Assembly: GCA_965223795.1 (NCBI GenBank)
Contig: CBDCXL010000002.1
Span: 1,184,001 to 1,248,000, forward strand
From: Nitrospinales bacterium
GTDB taxonomy: Bacteria; Nitrospinota; Nitrospinia; Nitrospinales; VA-1
Length of the DNA stretch: 64,000 nucleotides
Direction of reading: 5' to 3'
The position numbers were made by a program, and so were the translations under genes. Each line of letters opens with the position of its first letter. Within the stretch, counting starts at the first letter, position 1. Below the pieces are notes generated by a model, which did not search any database, was not told the DNA's origin, and was given only the letters and a program-made list of their open reading frames with translations. Below are positions 27,111 through 37,539 of this stretch, in pieces.

Positions 27111-28943
27111 CTAAACCGATTTTCCGTACTTTTTACGGTGCTCTTTCCTGGCGCCGCCGATCCAGTTGTCCCGCTCGATGCGGCCCGGAAACGTCTGGAT
27201 GGCTTCGGCCACGCGGGCGATGTCTTTCTTGTTGAACTTTGCGATCTGCTGATAGGTTCTGATCCCCAGCTTGTTGAGGGTTTTTTCAAGAACCGGACCG
27301 ATCCCGGAAATTTTCTTGAGATCGTCTTTCGCTTTGGGGGGATCGAACAGGGTCTTCTTTTTGCCTTTCGCAGCCGGGCGGGGTTTCGCAGGAGCCGTGT
27401 TTTTGGCCTTTTCGGGCCTGGTTTCGGGCTTCGCTTCCGGCTTGGCGGCGGGCTGAGGGACGGTCTTGATCCTGGCTTCCTCCGCCTTCGCGAGTTTGGC
27501 TTCCAGCTCCTGCACGCGTTTGAGCATGCGGCTCATTTCGCTGTCTTTTTTCTCAAGCGCCGCGCTGTGTGCGGTTTCCAGCCTGCGGTTTTCCGCTTCG
27601 GCGCGCTTGAGCCGGTCCTGAATCAACTCCTGACCGGTGATCTGGCGCTTGATCTTCTTGATCTCCGCCTGGTGCTCGCCGCGCACGGATTTCAGCTCCC
27701 TTTCGAGCCGGGCGATGGTGACCTCGCGTTCGCCGACGACGCCCTGCAGGGACTCGAGCTGCGAGACCTTGCGTTCGAGTTTCTGGACCTCGTTATTTTT
27801 TTGGCCCGTTGCGGTCTTGATTTCCTTTTCCAGGCGAGCCAGGGTCGCGTCGCGTTGCTTGATCTCTTTTTTCAGGGCCTCCAGTTCCCGGTTTCCGGTC
27901 TTGGCCGCCTCGTTCTTTTTCTCCTGTTTCTGTTCCAGCTCCTGGATGCGGCGCTCAAACTCACTGCGTTCGTTCTCCCGGGCGGTCTCCAGGTTGACGA
28001 TCTGGTCCGTCAGATCCTGCTGCGTCTGTTCGTGCTCGCGCAGCGCTTCGAGCGACGATTCCAGCTCGCGGACGTTTTTTTTCAGGCTGAATATCTGCTC
28101 GTCCTTTTCCAGAACCACCGACTGCAACGCGCCCTCGAGCCGGTCGCGCGCCATTTTTTCATCCTTCAGCTTGCTCTGCAACGGTTCCAGGCGGGTGACG
28201 GTTTCCTTGAGAGTCTCAACTTCGTTTTCTTTCTCCTCCCGGAAGCTGTGGAACTGTTCCTCCAGGCTGGCGAGCGCGGTCTCTTTTTCCTGCACAGCGG
28301 CTTCTAACGGCTCCAGCTCGCGGATCCGGGCCTGAAACGTTTCGAGCTGTTTTTTGCGTGAGGTGGTCTGCTGGCGCAGCTGCGATTCCAGACTTTGCAC
28401 CGCGGCTTCGCGCTCTTTGACTTGCTCGCGCAGATTGGTCAGTTCCCCGACCTTGCCTTCCAGCCGTGAAATCTCATCCCCTTTCTGCACGATCACCGTC
28501 TGCAGCTCTCCCTCAAGCTGTTCGCGCACCGAGGTCAACTCCTTCAATTTCCCCTGCAAGGGTTCCAGGCGCGTGATGGCGTCCTTGAGGCCGCTGACCT
28601 CCATTTCCTTTTCACCGCGGAAAATGTCGAGCTGGTTTTCCAGGCGCGAGATTGTGGCATTTTTTTCCTGCAAGGTTTCCTGGAGCGGTTCGAGTTCCTC
28701 GATGTGGGTGCGCAGGGTCTTGATCTCCGCGTCTTTCTCGGCCCGAAGATCGCTCAGCAGACCTTCCAGGAGCTTGGACTTTTTCTTGGCCAGGTCGAGA
28801 GAGTCCTCCCTCGCTTCGATATCCTTGCGAAGTTCATCTTCACGAGCGCCGATGTTCAACCCGCGGATCATCCAGGCGAGGGCCGCTCCGATGAGTCCGG
28901 CGGCGAACAGGCAAATGAGAATTTCTCCCAAAAGATAGGTCAT
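27111..28943 (-). CDS. Membrane-anchored long coiled-coil protein with a C-terminal helix-hairpin-helix (COG3743-like) domain
   Basis: N-terminal TM; 42-aa heptad repeats; DDLKKISGIGP..L..LGI..Y.QIA..GRIERDNW. Confidence 0.88.
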   Translation of the reverse strand: MTYLLGEILICLFAAGLIGAALAWMIRGLNIGAREDELRKDIEAREDSLDLAKKKSKLLEGLLSDLRAEKDAEIKTLRTHIEELEPLQETLQEKNATISRLENQLDIFRGEKEMEVSGLKDAITRLEPLQGKLKELTSVREQLEGELQTVIVQKGDEISRLEGKVGELTNLREQVKEREAAVQSLESQLRQQTTSRKKQLETFQARIRELEPLEAAVQEKETALASLEEQFHSFREEKENEVETLKETVTRLEPLQSKLKDEKMARDRLEGALQSVVLEKDEQIFSLKKNVRELESSLEALREHEQTQQDLTDQIVNLETARENERSEFERRIQELEQKQEKKNEAAKTGNRELEALKKEIKQRDATLARLEKEIKTATGQKNNEVQKLERKVSQLESLQGVVGEREVTIARLERELKSVRGEHQAEIKKIKRQITGQELIQDRLKRAEAENRRLETAHSAALEKKDSEMSRMLKRVQELEAKLAKAEEARIKTVPQPAAKPEAKPETRPEKAKNTAPAKPRPAAKGKKKTLFDPPKAKDDLKKISGIGPVLEKTLNKLGIRTYQQIAKFNKKDIARVAEAIQTFPGRIERDNWIGGARKEHRKKYGKSV

Positions 28944-28959
28944 GGTTCCCCCTCCTTAA

Positions 28960-30003
28960 CTATTGGATAACTTTGAATTCGATGCGTCGATTCTTGGCTC
29001 TCCCTTCCGGGGTGTCGTTGTCCGCCAGAGCCACCGTTTCCCCGTACCCCTGGACTTCCAGGCGGTCGGGATCCACGCCGCGGGACACCAGATAACGGTG
29101 CACCGAGGAGGCGCGGTCGCGGCTCAGCTGCATGTTCAGCTGTTCGTCGCCCTGGGCGTCGGTGTGACCGCCGACCTCCACACGGACTCCGGGATACCGC
29201 TGCAATACATTGGCGACCACATCCAGGATCCGGCTGCCGGATTCCGTGAGCCTGGAACTTTGTGTTTGAAATTTGATCTCGGGAAGATCCAGCGACTGGA
29301 TCGATGCTTCGGCCTCTTCCCTCTGCGCCTGCTCGCCGGGCTCGACCAGAATCTGGTTGTCGACCGCCAGGTCGCCGCTGAGCTTTTGCGCCTGGATGCC
29401 GAGGTCGATGCGCCTTTTCTCGCTGTCCACTTTACCGGTGAGCAGGATGCCGGCTTCGCTGATTTCAATGGACAGGTTGTCCGCAGGATTCAAATGCGAC
29501 AAAAATTCGGGCAGCCCGTCGGTCCACTGCGGCTCGAGCGCCTTGGCGTTGATGCGCAGTTCATCGGAAAGCCGTTCCTGGCCGAACACCGCTTCGAGCG
29601 ACGCCACCACCCGGTCGAGCGACTGGAGATCGGGGAGCACGCCGTTTAAGGACACCTTGTCTGCTTCGACCGCCACTTTGAGGCTGGAGGGAACGCGCTC
29701 GAAAACGTGCAGCTGGTTGACCACACGCCGCACGCCCCAGATGCCTTCCGCGGCGGAAATCATCTTGGACTGGTCCCACGACGCGTCCATCTCTCCGGAA
29801 AAAATCACGTCGCGTCCGTCCACCCGCAGAAACACCCGGTTGGGATCGAATCCCACTCCGGTCAGGGCCGCGCTCACACGAGCGGTGAGATCCGCTTCGA
29901 TTTTAGGTCCGTGATACCACAGGCAGACAATGGGAAGGAGCGTTCCAAGGAGTGTCCAGAACCAGATCAACGATGAAGAACCCGAGGATTCGGCTGACCT
30001 CAT
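28960..30003 (-). CDS. BON plus OmpA-C peptidoglycan-binding membrane protein (Rv0899/ArfA-like architecture)
   Basis: TM, BON (VDGRDV.FSG..GVRRVVNQL) and OmpA-C (VGGHTD, NMQLSRDRA, GYGE, NRRIEF). Confidence 0.9.
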   Translation of the reverse strand: MRSAESSGSSSLIWFWTLLGTLLPIVCLWYHGPKIEADLTARVSAALTGVGFDPNRVFLRVDGRDVIFSGEMDASWDQSKMISAAEGIWGVRRVVNQLHVFERVPSSLKVAVEADKVSLNGVLPDLQSLDRVVASLEAVFGQERLSDELRINAKALEPQWTDGLPEFLSHLNPADNLSIEISEAGILLTGKVDSEKRRIDLGIQAQKLSGDLAVDNQILVEPGEQAQREEAEASIQSLDLPEIKFQTQSSRLTESGSRILDVVANVLQRYPGVRVEVGGHTDAQGDEQLNMQLSRDRASSVHRYLVSRGVDPDRLEVQGYGETVALADNDTPEGRAKNRRIEFKVIQ

Positions 30004-30356
30004 TTCACCCTCCAAAAAGGTTTTCAATTCGATACAAGGCTGTACGGCATGAGCGTGAGCGGTGGATTTTTTGCCACTTCGGCGTCGATTTCGCCTTAAG
30101 CCTTATAGTTCAAATAGATGCAAGCGAGTCGCGAGAAGCGTGAGCGCGGGAGCCTCCTTAAAAATGGACCGGTGTTGGTGAATCCTTTTTAGGAGTTGGG
30201 GTTTGGGGTGTATCTATCAGGAGGTGTTTCTCAGTTTTTCTATGTAACTTTCAATTCCGGCGAAGGGAGCAATCTTCCGCCCGTGTCAGAAAATTTTTTA
30301 ATGACGGACGCTCCGGGCCCGTATCGAACTTAGAGCGGCACAATGTGCAGGGGGTT

Positions 30357-30557
30357 TTACTTAGGAATCACTTTGGTCGCCTGAGGCCCTTTCTGCCCCA
30401 TGCTTTTTTCGAATTCCACCGGCTGGCCTTCTCTCAGGGTTTTGAAACCTTCCACCTGAATTTCGGAGTAATGCACAAAGCAGTCCTCGCCTTCGTCGGA
30501 TTCGATGAAACCATATCCTTTACTCTCGTTAAACCATTTGACCTTTCCGTTCGTCAT
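30357..30557 (-). CDS. csp: Cold-shock protein
   Basis: [22 protein letters not shown] and KGPQA motifs; GAGGAG RBS. Confidence 0.97.
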   Translation of the reverse strand: MTNGKVKWFNESKGYGFIESDEGEDCFVHYSEIQVEGFKTLREGQPVEFEKSMGQKGPQATKVIPK

Positions 30558-30905
30558 TTCCCAACTCCTCCTCATAGATAAAAAATTAGGCCCCCAATAC
30601 TACCACGAAAAATAGACTTCGCTTAAGCTATATTTTAATTTTACTTAAATTTATTGCCACCCCTGTTGCGCCGTTCTGCTCCTGCTCGCTTCTTAAGTGT
30701 TGGGAAACACCTTTTTCTTATCGGAATCCTTTTAAAATCAATGAGCAAATTTTTTTCTTTTTTCGATCCGGCTTGCCAGCACATTTGATCACGCATTTGG
30801 ATCTTAAACCTTGACGTGAAAAAAATTCGAGGTCTTGAATTTTCAATTCCGGCATTCCCGTTTCGCGGTCGTTGTGTTTTGCATTATGCGGTTATCGAAA
30901 TTGAC

Positions 30906-31262
30906 TCAAAATTGATGCGGTTTGTTGGTCTTGGAGTCGCAGTTGCGCGTGCAGGCCCAGCGCTTCTCTCCGCAGCGGAACTTTTCCGACGCGCTGTCTC
31001 CGGCGCCGGACATGCAGGATTCGAACTGGCTGTCACACTTCATCAGGCAGGCTCGTTTGTCGAACTGGAGGAGAAATCCGGAATGCGCGTCCCTGCTCTG
31101 AAAGCCGATTTTTTCAAGCAGGCTCGAAGCCTGATCCTGTTTCTGGGCGCCGGCACTGGCCTGCGGCTTGGAGACCGGTTGGACCTCATCCGCGATTGCG
31201 ATGCCCGAAAAGAAAAAGATGACTATCAAAATCATAAACCCCCAAAAGCGTGTTGATTTCAT
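30906..31262 (-). CDS. Small secreted Cys-rich protein
   Basis: Signal peptide ending AIA; two helical CxxxC/Cx6C-type Cys motifs; AAGGAG RBS. Confidence 0.8.
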   Translation of the reverse strand: MKSTRFWGFMILIVIFFFSGIAIADEVQPVSKPQASAGAQKQDQASSLLEKIGFQSRDAHSGFLLQFDKRACLMKCDSQFESCMSGAGDSASEKFRCGEKRWACTRNCDSKTNKPHQF

Positions 31263-31967
31263 TTTTATTCTCCTTCAACGTCCACGATCGTTTTGAAATT
31301 TCCGCAATGAAAATCAAGACCTCGAACGCTTGTGTGCCTGAATGGATCGTGTGTCGTGGAATGCAACCAGTGTATGCAAACGGATCGGTTGAAAGAAAGC
31401 CATGCCGTTTAAGAGCAAACTCAATATCCCGTTCCGCTGCGCATTGACGACCGCAATCGCGTTCCCTCTGCCATCGCAACGACGCAAACAGATTGAAAGA
31501 AAAAGATTTGTTTTTTTCGCGCAAACGTGATGCCTTATAAGGGGGGTCGCATTGAAATCATAAACCGGGCAAACGACTGCATGAAGCACCGCCTTCAGCG
31601 CGGCGGGCGTGCCGGCTCGCACCGGACGGCGCTCTGCTGTGTTTGCACGCTGAGCCCTGTGCTGTCGGCGTTCACTCGCCGATGCCCCGAGGCGCATGCG
31701 GGCGAACGCCCATCGAAGGCCGGGCGGCGGCTCCGCGCGGGCGCGCTGTCCGGTTCGCCAGTTGGGGCGAGAAAACCTCTTGCCCCGGAATTAAAGGGGA
31801 AGGCAAGGCGGAGCCACAAAACTCACTCACCGAAACCATTTGCGCACGGGCTTCCGCATGCCGGTACGTGTGACCACAAGTTTGAATTGATTTGAAGGAA
31901 CCATTGAAAATTCAGACAAAATGTTGTATTTTTGGGTATTCCCAAAATGAAACCGAAAGGTTGAGCC

Positions 31968-32675
31968 ATGAAAAAATCCATTTTCGCCATTTTTGTCCTG
32001 CTCTTTCTGTTAGGTGGTTCCCAGATGCTCGCCGCTCAGCAGGAAAAATCCATCGATGAGATCGAAGAAAACGTGAACAACATGCTTCAGCTGCTTGAAA
32101 ACCTGGAAACCGAGGAACCCGGAGATCCGGTGCAGAACACGCCCATACCGGAAGAAACCATGTCTCAGGAAACCGGGGAAGCGATGGGCGCGGTGTTGAA
32201 CTCGGAAGCGATGGAACAACCGGAAGCCATGCAGGCCGCCGAAAACGCGGAAGCGTTCTCCGAATCGGCGGTGGAGGTGCCGGAAGAAAGCATCGTGCGC
32301 GGACCGGCGCCGGAGCCTGCGAAAAAGATCCTCGAAGAGAGCAACGAAGTGGTGCGCTTCGTTCCCAGCGACCCGGATCTTCTATTCCGGCTGGGCCTGG
32401 ACCAGTGGCGCTCGAAAAACCTGAACGGCGCGATCGAACAGTTTGAGGAAGTGGTCCGCCTGGAACCGGAAAACGCCCACGCCTACTGGAACCTGGGACT
32501 CATCTACAAGCAAAAAGGCGAAGGGGAAGTCGCCGTGGCGCACATAAAAAAAGCCGAGGACCTGTACCTGAAGTACAATTATTTTTCCTACGCGGAAGAA
32601 TCCCGCGAACACCTGGATTCGCTGATCAAAAAATACAATCTGGATCCCAAGCAATACGAGATGGTCTCCAACTGA
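31968..32675 (+). CDS. Secreted TPR protein with an acidic linker
   Basis: Signal peptide; ENAHAYWNLGLIY; shares a C-terminal motif with 2513 and 26100. Confidence 0.88.
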   Translation: MKKSIFAIFVLLFLLGGSQMLAAQQEKSIDEIEENVNNMLQLLENLETEEPGDPVQNTPIPEETMSQETGEAMGAVLNSEAMEQPEAMQAAENAEAFSESAVEVPEESIVRGPAPEPAKKILEESNEVVRFVPSDPDLLFRLGLDQWRSKNLNGAIEQFEEVVRLEPENAHAYWNLGLIYKQKGEGEVAVAHIKKAEDLYLKYNYFSYAEESREHLDSLIKKYNLDPKQYEMVSN

Positions 32676-32829
32676 CCGCTTGCGCTTGCGGCTTTATTAA
32701 ATCCTTTCGGTTTGTGCCCTTTTCTGAGGGCCTGCGAGTGTCCCGCACTCTCGCCTAAAAAAACGCGCCTTCCCCCCGGCTCAGGGGAAGGCGCGCTCCG
32801 CGAAGTTCCTTTCAATTCCCAGGCAAGCG

Positions 32830-34074
32830 TCACCGCCGGACGGCGGCTTTTTTCCAGCTTTCTATCCTGCAGGACTGACGGTTCAACACCGGGTGCATGG
32901 TGAACAGAGGCGTGTTGTGCGGCACGAGCGCCGTGTCGACGCCGGGACTCAACTGCAGGTGGATGTTCACGTAATTGAAGCTCAACCCGTCCTGCCAGGG
33001 TTCCTTGGCCGCATCGGCATAGGCTTCGACCTTGTCGGAGGCGTGGCTGCGCGTCATCAGTCCCGAACCGCCCTGCAGCCCGTACTCGTACAGATCGGGC
33101 GCCCCTTCGATCAGAACCGACACCACCGACGCGTCGAACCACACTTTAAAATGCGTGACGATTTGCACGAACGGGCCCAGCGTGCCGGAACGTTCGATCA
33201 CCGCGACGGGATAGACCATTTCCGGAGGCACGGTGGGCGGGCTTTCGGAAGCGGGGTTTTTGAACTCGCGCTCCTTGACGCGGGAAGCGGAAACGAACAG
33301 CAGGTTGGGGTCGTCCATGGAGATGTCCAGTACCTTGCCGTCGTGATAGCTGACCAGTTTGCCCATCTCGTAGGCCAGGGGATAGGAATAGCCCATCTTC
33401 GCGTAAAAGATGCGCACGATGGCATCCAGGGAATCTTCCGGCCTGCGGCTGATCTTGAGATCGAACGGCAGCATGAGGTGGTGGGCGTTGGTGCGGGCGT
33501 TCATGAACGGCGCGCAGGCGCCGGAGAACTCCTTCTGGATGGACGCGTTGTCCGGATCGAAATCGCGGCGCGAGCCGGAAAAATGCTGGGCGGTCTTCGC
33601 TTCCTTGCTCAGTCCGTATTTTTTCTGATAATACTCGGTCGCCCGTTTGGGCGCGATGTCGATAAAGTATTCGGGCGCGTCGGTCTCGACGAGAATCCGC
33701 TGCGGTTCGGCTTTCGCCGCGCCCTCTGCGGGAGCGGGCTTTAAGGTCTTGCTGTAGATTTCGATTTCGGCGCGGGTCTTTTGAATGTCCCGCTCCAGAT
33801 CGCGGTCCAGCTGCGGGTTGAAAAAACTGGCCCGGCTCAGGATCGCCTTTGCCTTCTGCAACAGTTCGACTTTGAGCGTGTACCGCTTGGGCTCGGCGGC
33901 GAGCGCCTGCACCGTCGCCATGTACAGACCGAACTGCTCCTCGGCCATCAGTTCCAGCGCATCCAGGTCCTGCTCTTTGATGAACGCCAGCGCCAGCGGA
34001 CCGAACGCCTCTTCTCCGCGGATGTTCAGGGTCATCAGGTAATTGAGATGCGCGCGCGCTTCTTTTGGGTCCAC
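32830..34074 (-). CDS. Hypothetical protein (about 414 aa)
   Basis: AAGGAG RBS before GTG 34074; helical N-terminus and beta-rich C-terminus. Confidence 0.82.
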   Translation of the reverse strand: MDPKEARAHLNYLMTLNIRGEEAFGPLALAFIKEQDLDALELMAEEQFGLYMATVQALAAEPKRYTLKVELLQKAKAILSRASFFNPQLDRDLERDIQKTRAEIEIYSKTLKPAPAEGAAKAEPQRILVETDAPEYFIDIAPKRATEYYQKKYGLSKEAKTAQHFSGSRRDFDPDNASIQKEFSGACAPFMNARTNAHHLMLPFDLKISRRPEDSLDAIVRIFYAKMGYSYPLAYEMGKLVSYHDGKVLDISMDDPNLLFVSASRVKEREFKNPASESPPTVPPEMVYPVAVIERSGTLGPFVQIVTHFKVWFDASVVSVLIEGAPDLYEYGLQGGSGLMTRSHASDKVEAYADAAKEPWQDGLSFNYVNIHLQLSPGVDTALVPHNTPLFTMHPVLNRQSCRIESWKKAAVRR

Positions 34075-34400
34075 CGTAAACTCCTTATTGGGCCTCGCTC
34101 CGCCCCCCTGAGCCGGAGCGTGTGCGGCCTTTCGTGATCGGTTTTGAGTGAAATGGCTCAATATAAACCGTTTTTTTGCTTTCCTGAACACTTTCTTACT
34201 CAAAGTAAGCATTTTCCTATACCCACTATGAAATCTGCCTGCAATCGCATTGGGTCTACGGGCCTAAGCATCGCTTTGTGAGGGATTTTCACCAGCGGCA
34301 GCGATCCGGGCGTTTCGACATCGCATGCGGGATTGGATTAAAATGGAAGGCCGTTTTGTCCGTTGGCGGGTTACCTGCGTGAACCAATGAGGATGTGTGC

Positions 34401-35627
34401 ATGAAACTGCATTGGCAAATTCTGATCGCGATGGCGCTGGCGGTGGGGTTCGCCTGGGCGCTGGGGGACGCGTCGCGGTTTGTGGAGCCTCTGGGCACGC
34501 TGTTCATCCGCCTGCTGAAGATGCTCATCGTGCCGCTGGTGGTGTTTTCCCTGGTGTTCGGCGTGGCGAGCGTCGGCGACGCGAAAAACCTGGGCCGGCT
34601 GGGCATCAAGACGTTCTGTTATTACATGTTCACCAGCCTGCTTGCCATCGTGACCGGACTCGTTCTGGTCAACGCGATTCAGCCGGGAAGCAACGCGGAC
34701 CGGGTCTCCGCCGAAGCGTTTGCGCCGGAGAGTCTGCAAAAACCCGGCAGCGCGGCGGACCTGCTTTTGCGCATCGTGCCGGAAAACCCGGTCGCGGCCG
34801 CGGCGCAGGGAGACATGCTGGGCATCATCTTTTTCTCGATCTTTCTGGGGTTCGCGCTGGGCCAGCTTGCGCCGCCCTACCGGGACCGGCTCATGCCGTG
34901 GGTGGAGGCGGGATTTCACGCGGTGATGAAACTCACGCATTTCGTCATCCTGCTCGCCCCCTTGGGCGTGTTCGGTCTGATCGTCGGACTGATGAACCAG
35001 TCGATGGGCGCGGGTTTCTTTAATGCGGTGGGCTGGTACATGGTCACGATCGCATCGGGCCTCACTTTGCATTTTTTCGTGACGCTGCCGCTGCTCTACT
35101 GCCTGTTCATGCGTAAAAACCCGCTTCCCGTATACGGCCACATGGCCAGCGCGCTGGCCACGGTGTTCGCCACCAGCTCGTCGGCGGCGACGCTGCCGGT
35201 GACGATGGAATGCGTCGAAAAAAACGCCGGCGTGTCGAATAAAATCGCAAGCTTCGTGCTGCCCATGGGGGCGACGGTGAACATGGACGGAACGGCGCTG
35301 TTCGAATGCGTGGGCGTTCTGTTCATCGCGCAGGTGCTGAACGTCCCGATGGGCCTGGAGCAGCAGTTGCTCGTGGTGGGGGTGGCGCTGCTGGCGTCGA
35401 TCGGCACGGCGGCGATCCCCTCGGCGGGGCTGGTGATGATCTTCGTCATCCTGGAGGCGGTGGGGATCGAAGGCGAGGAAGTGGCGCTGATCGTGGGCAC
35501 GATGCTGGCGGTGGACCGGCCGCTGGACATGTACCGCGGTCTGGTCAATATTTTCAGCGACGCGGTGGGCGCGATCCTGATCGCCCAATCCGAAGGGGAA
35601 CTTGCAGACAACGAGGCGGAAGCATGA
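34401..35627 (+). CDS. Dicarboxylate/amino acid:cation symporter (DAACS, GltP-like)
   Basis: FIRLLKML, TSSSAATLP, GATVNMDGTAL and DR.LDM.R..VN motifs. Confidence 0.95.
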   Translation: MKLHWQILIAMALAVGFAWALGDASRFVEPLGTLFIRLLKMLIVPLVVFSLVFGVASVGDAKNLGRLGIKTFCYYMFTSLLAIVTGLVLVNAIQPGSNADRVSAEAFAPESLQKPGSAADLLLRIVPENPVAAAAQGDMLGIIFFSIFLGFALGQLAPPYRDRLMPWVEAGFHAVMKLTHFVILLAPLGVFGLIVGLMNQSMGAGFFNAVGWYMVTIASGLTLHFFVTLPLLYCLFMRKNPLPVYGHMASALATVFATSSSAATLPVTMECVEKNAGVSNKIASFVLPMGATVNMDGTALFECVGVLFIAQVLNVPMGLEQQLLVVGVALLASIGTAAIPSAGLVMIFVILEAVGIEGEEVALIVGTMLAVDRPLDMYRGLVNIFSDAVGAILIAQSEGELADNEAEA

Positions 35628-36283
35628 ATGCGGAATTCACATTCACCTGGAAAACGGGGTCGGGTCCCCGGGCGCCGAGGCGGGTCTTCTGCATCGGCAA
35701 AAATTACCGGCAGCACATCGAAGAGATGAGCGACGGCGATCCGGGCGAGCCGGTGGTATTTTTAAAACCGGCTTCCTGCCTCACCGCGCCGGGCGTGCCG
35801 CTGACGCTGCCGGCCCACGGGCAGAGCCTGCATCACGAAGTCGAGCTGGTACTGCTGATCGGAAAGGAAGCGCACCGCGTCGCGGAAAGCGAGTCCACCG
35901 CCTGCATCGCGGGCATCACGCTGGGCATCGACCTGACGCTCAGGGACGTGCAGGCGCGGCTCAAGAAAAAGGGACTGCCGTGGGAGATGGCCAAGGCGTT
36001 CGAGCAGAGCGCACCTCTGGGCGCGCTGGTGCCGTTCACTGAGGACGCACTGTCTATGGAGTTCGAACTGAGCGTCAACGGCGAACGGCGGCAGCACGGC
36101 AACGCACGCGAGATGATCCATTCCATTCCGCGGATCGTGCATTTTCTGAGCGGCGTCTGGACCCTGCAGCCGGGCGACCTGATCTATACCGGAACGCCTT
36201 CGGGCGTGGGACCGCTGGTCGCGGGCGACCGGGTTACGATTTCGAGCCAGCCGATCGGCGTGTTCGAATGGGATGTGGTTTGA
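35624..36283 (+). CDS. Fumarylacetoacetate hydrolase family protein
   Basis: CIGKNY..H..E, FLKP, HHEVEL, DLTLRD and GDLIYTGTPSGVG motifs; ATGA overlap with the upstream gene. Confidence 0.93.
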   Translation: MNAEFTFTWKTGSGPRAPRRVFCIGKNYRQHIEEMSDGDPGEPVVFLKPASCLTAPGVPLTLPAHGQSLHHEVELVLLIGKEAHRVAESESTACIAGITLGIDLTLRDVQARLKKKGLPWEMAKAFEQSAPLGALVPFTEDALSMEFELSVNGERRQHGNAREMIHSIPRIVHFLSGVWTLQPGDLIYTGTPSGVGPLVAGDRVTISSQPIGVFEWDVV

Positions 36284-36316
36284 CGTTACGAAATTAAGTT
36301 CTTCCTTCGGGCCGCG

Positions 36317-36916
36317 TCAGACGCTGGCGATCTGGACGCGGATCTCCTGCTTGACGGTCTGGCGCAGGATGTTCTCAATGGCGCGCAACGTGCCGGTGGC
36401 GGAGCTGGGGCAGCTGCCGCAGGCGCCCTGGTAGCGGATGCGCAGGGTGTTGTCCTTGAAGTCGAGGATCGTCACGCCGCCGCCGTCCTGGGCCAGGGCC
36501 GGGCGCACCGTCTCGTCGAACACCGCGTCGATCACCGCGCCCTTCTCGTCGTCGGACATGCCGGGAAAATCGATTTCGTCCAGCTTGGTCAGAATGGAAT
36601 CCTCGTTTTTTTCCTTCGCGGCCTGATCGAAAAAGTGCAGGTATTCCTCGATCACTTCCTCGGCGGCCTCGACCAGGATGTCCAGCTGGGGATCGGGATG
36701 GAAGGTGACGGTGACAAAATTGTCCTGCAAATACAGGCTCTGCACCGGCCCCAGCGCGAACACCGCCCTGGCGAACGGATCGGACTCCGCCTCTTCCTCG
36801 GACGCGAACGAGCGGGTTCCGGAACCGATGACGGATTGATTGAGTACGTATTTGAAGGCGTTGGGATTGGGCGTCATCTCCGTGTCCACCACCTCGAATT
36901 TTTTTTCCTCGGTCAT
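36317..36916 (-). CDS. Nfu-type Fe-S carrier (Nfu_N plus NifU-C)
   Basis: TPNPNAFKY; VRPALAQDGG; YQGACGSCPSS. Confidence 0.93.
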   Translation of the reverse strand: MTEEKKFEVVDTEMTPNPNAFKYVLNQSVIGSGTRSFASEEEAESDPFARAVFALGPVQSLYLQDNFVTVTFHPDPQLDILVEAAEEVIEEYLHFFDQAAKEKNEDSILTKLDEIDFPGMSDDEKGAVIDAVFDETVRPALAQDGGGVTILDFKDNTLRIRYQGACGSCPSSATGTLRAIENILRQTVKQEIRVQIASV

Positions 36917-37088
36917 AAAGTGTCGATCTCCGTTTGTCTTTGAGGCGTGCGGGTACACGTTTCTGCGCCTCTATGGGAAGGCGTTCGCCTGAAGGAATTT
37001 TCCAGTCTGTAGCTAAGATGGGTTTGGGGGAATTTGGGTTCAAAAAACCCCTGCTTTCGCACTTCCCACCTGCCGGGACGCCGTAAAT

Positions 37089-37517
37089 TCACCCGTTCTC
37101 AGAGGTTTCGCACAGCGAGGGACGCGATTCGTCCACAAGCTCGGCGACGGTCGTTTGCCTGAAAGCGTCCTCCAGTGTGGCGACGGCTTCGTTGATCCGC
37201 CTGTGCAGCGGACACAAACGCATTCCGTGCTCGCCGCGGTTCAGGGGACAGCGTTCGATGCGATGGACCGGGTCGACCGCGTGCACCACATCGAGCAGAT
37301 TCAAAGACTGCGGATCGCGCGACAGCACGAAGCCGCCATGCAGGCCGCGCTGCGAACGGACGATGCCCGCCTTGCCCAGCGCCTGCAGAACCTTGGCCAG
37401 GTAGCTGACCGGCACCTGGGTCACCTGCCCGATCTGCGGCGTGGTGAGCGGCGTGTCCGGTTGGGCGGCCAGACAGACCACGGATCGAAGCGCGTATTCG
37501 GCGGTTTGAGAAATCAT
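37089..37517 (-). CDS. Rrf2-family transcriptional regulator
   Basis: SQTAEYALR, YLAKVLQAL and SQRG.HGGF.L motifs; three C-terminal Cys. Confidence 0.95.
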   Translation of the reverse strand: MISQTAEYALRSVVCLAAQPDTPLTTPQIGQVTQVPVSYLAKVLQALGKAGIVRSQRGLHGGFVLSRDPQSLNLLDVVHAVDPVHRIERCPLNRGEHGMRLCPLHRRINEAVATLEDAFRQTTVAELVDESRPSLCETSENG

Positions 37518-37539
37518 GAATTTTTAGTTCCCTCAATTT

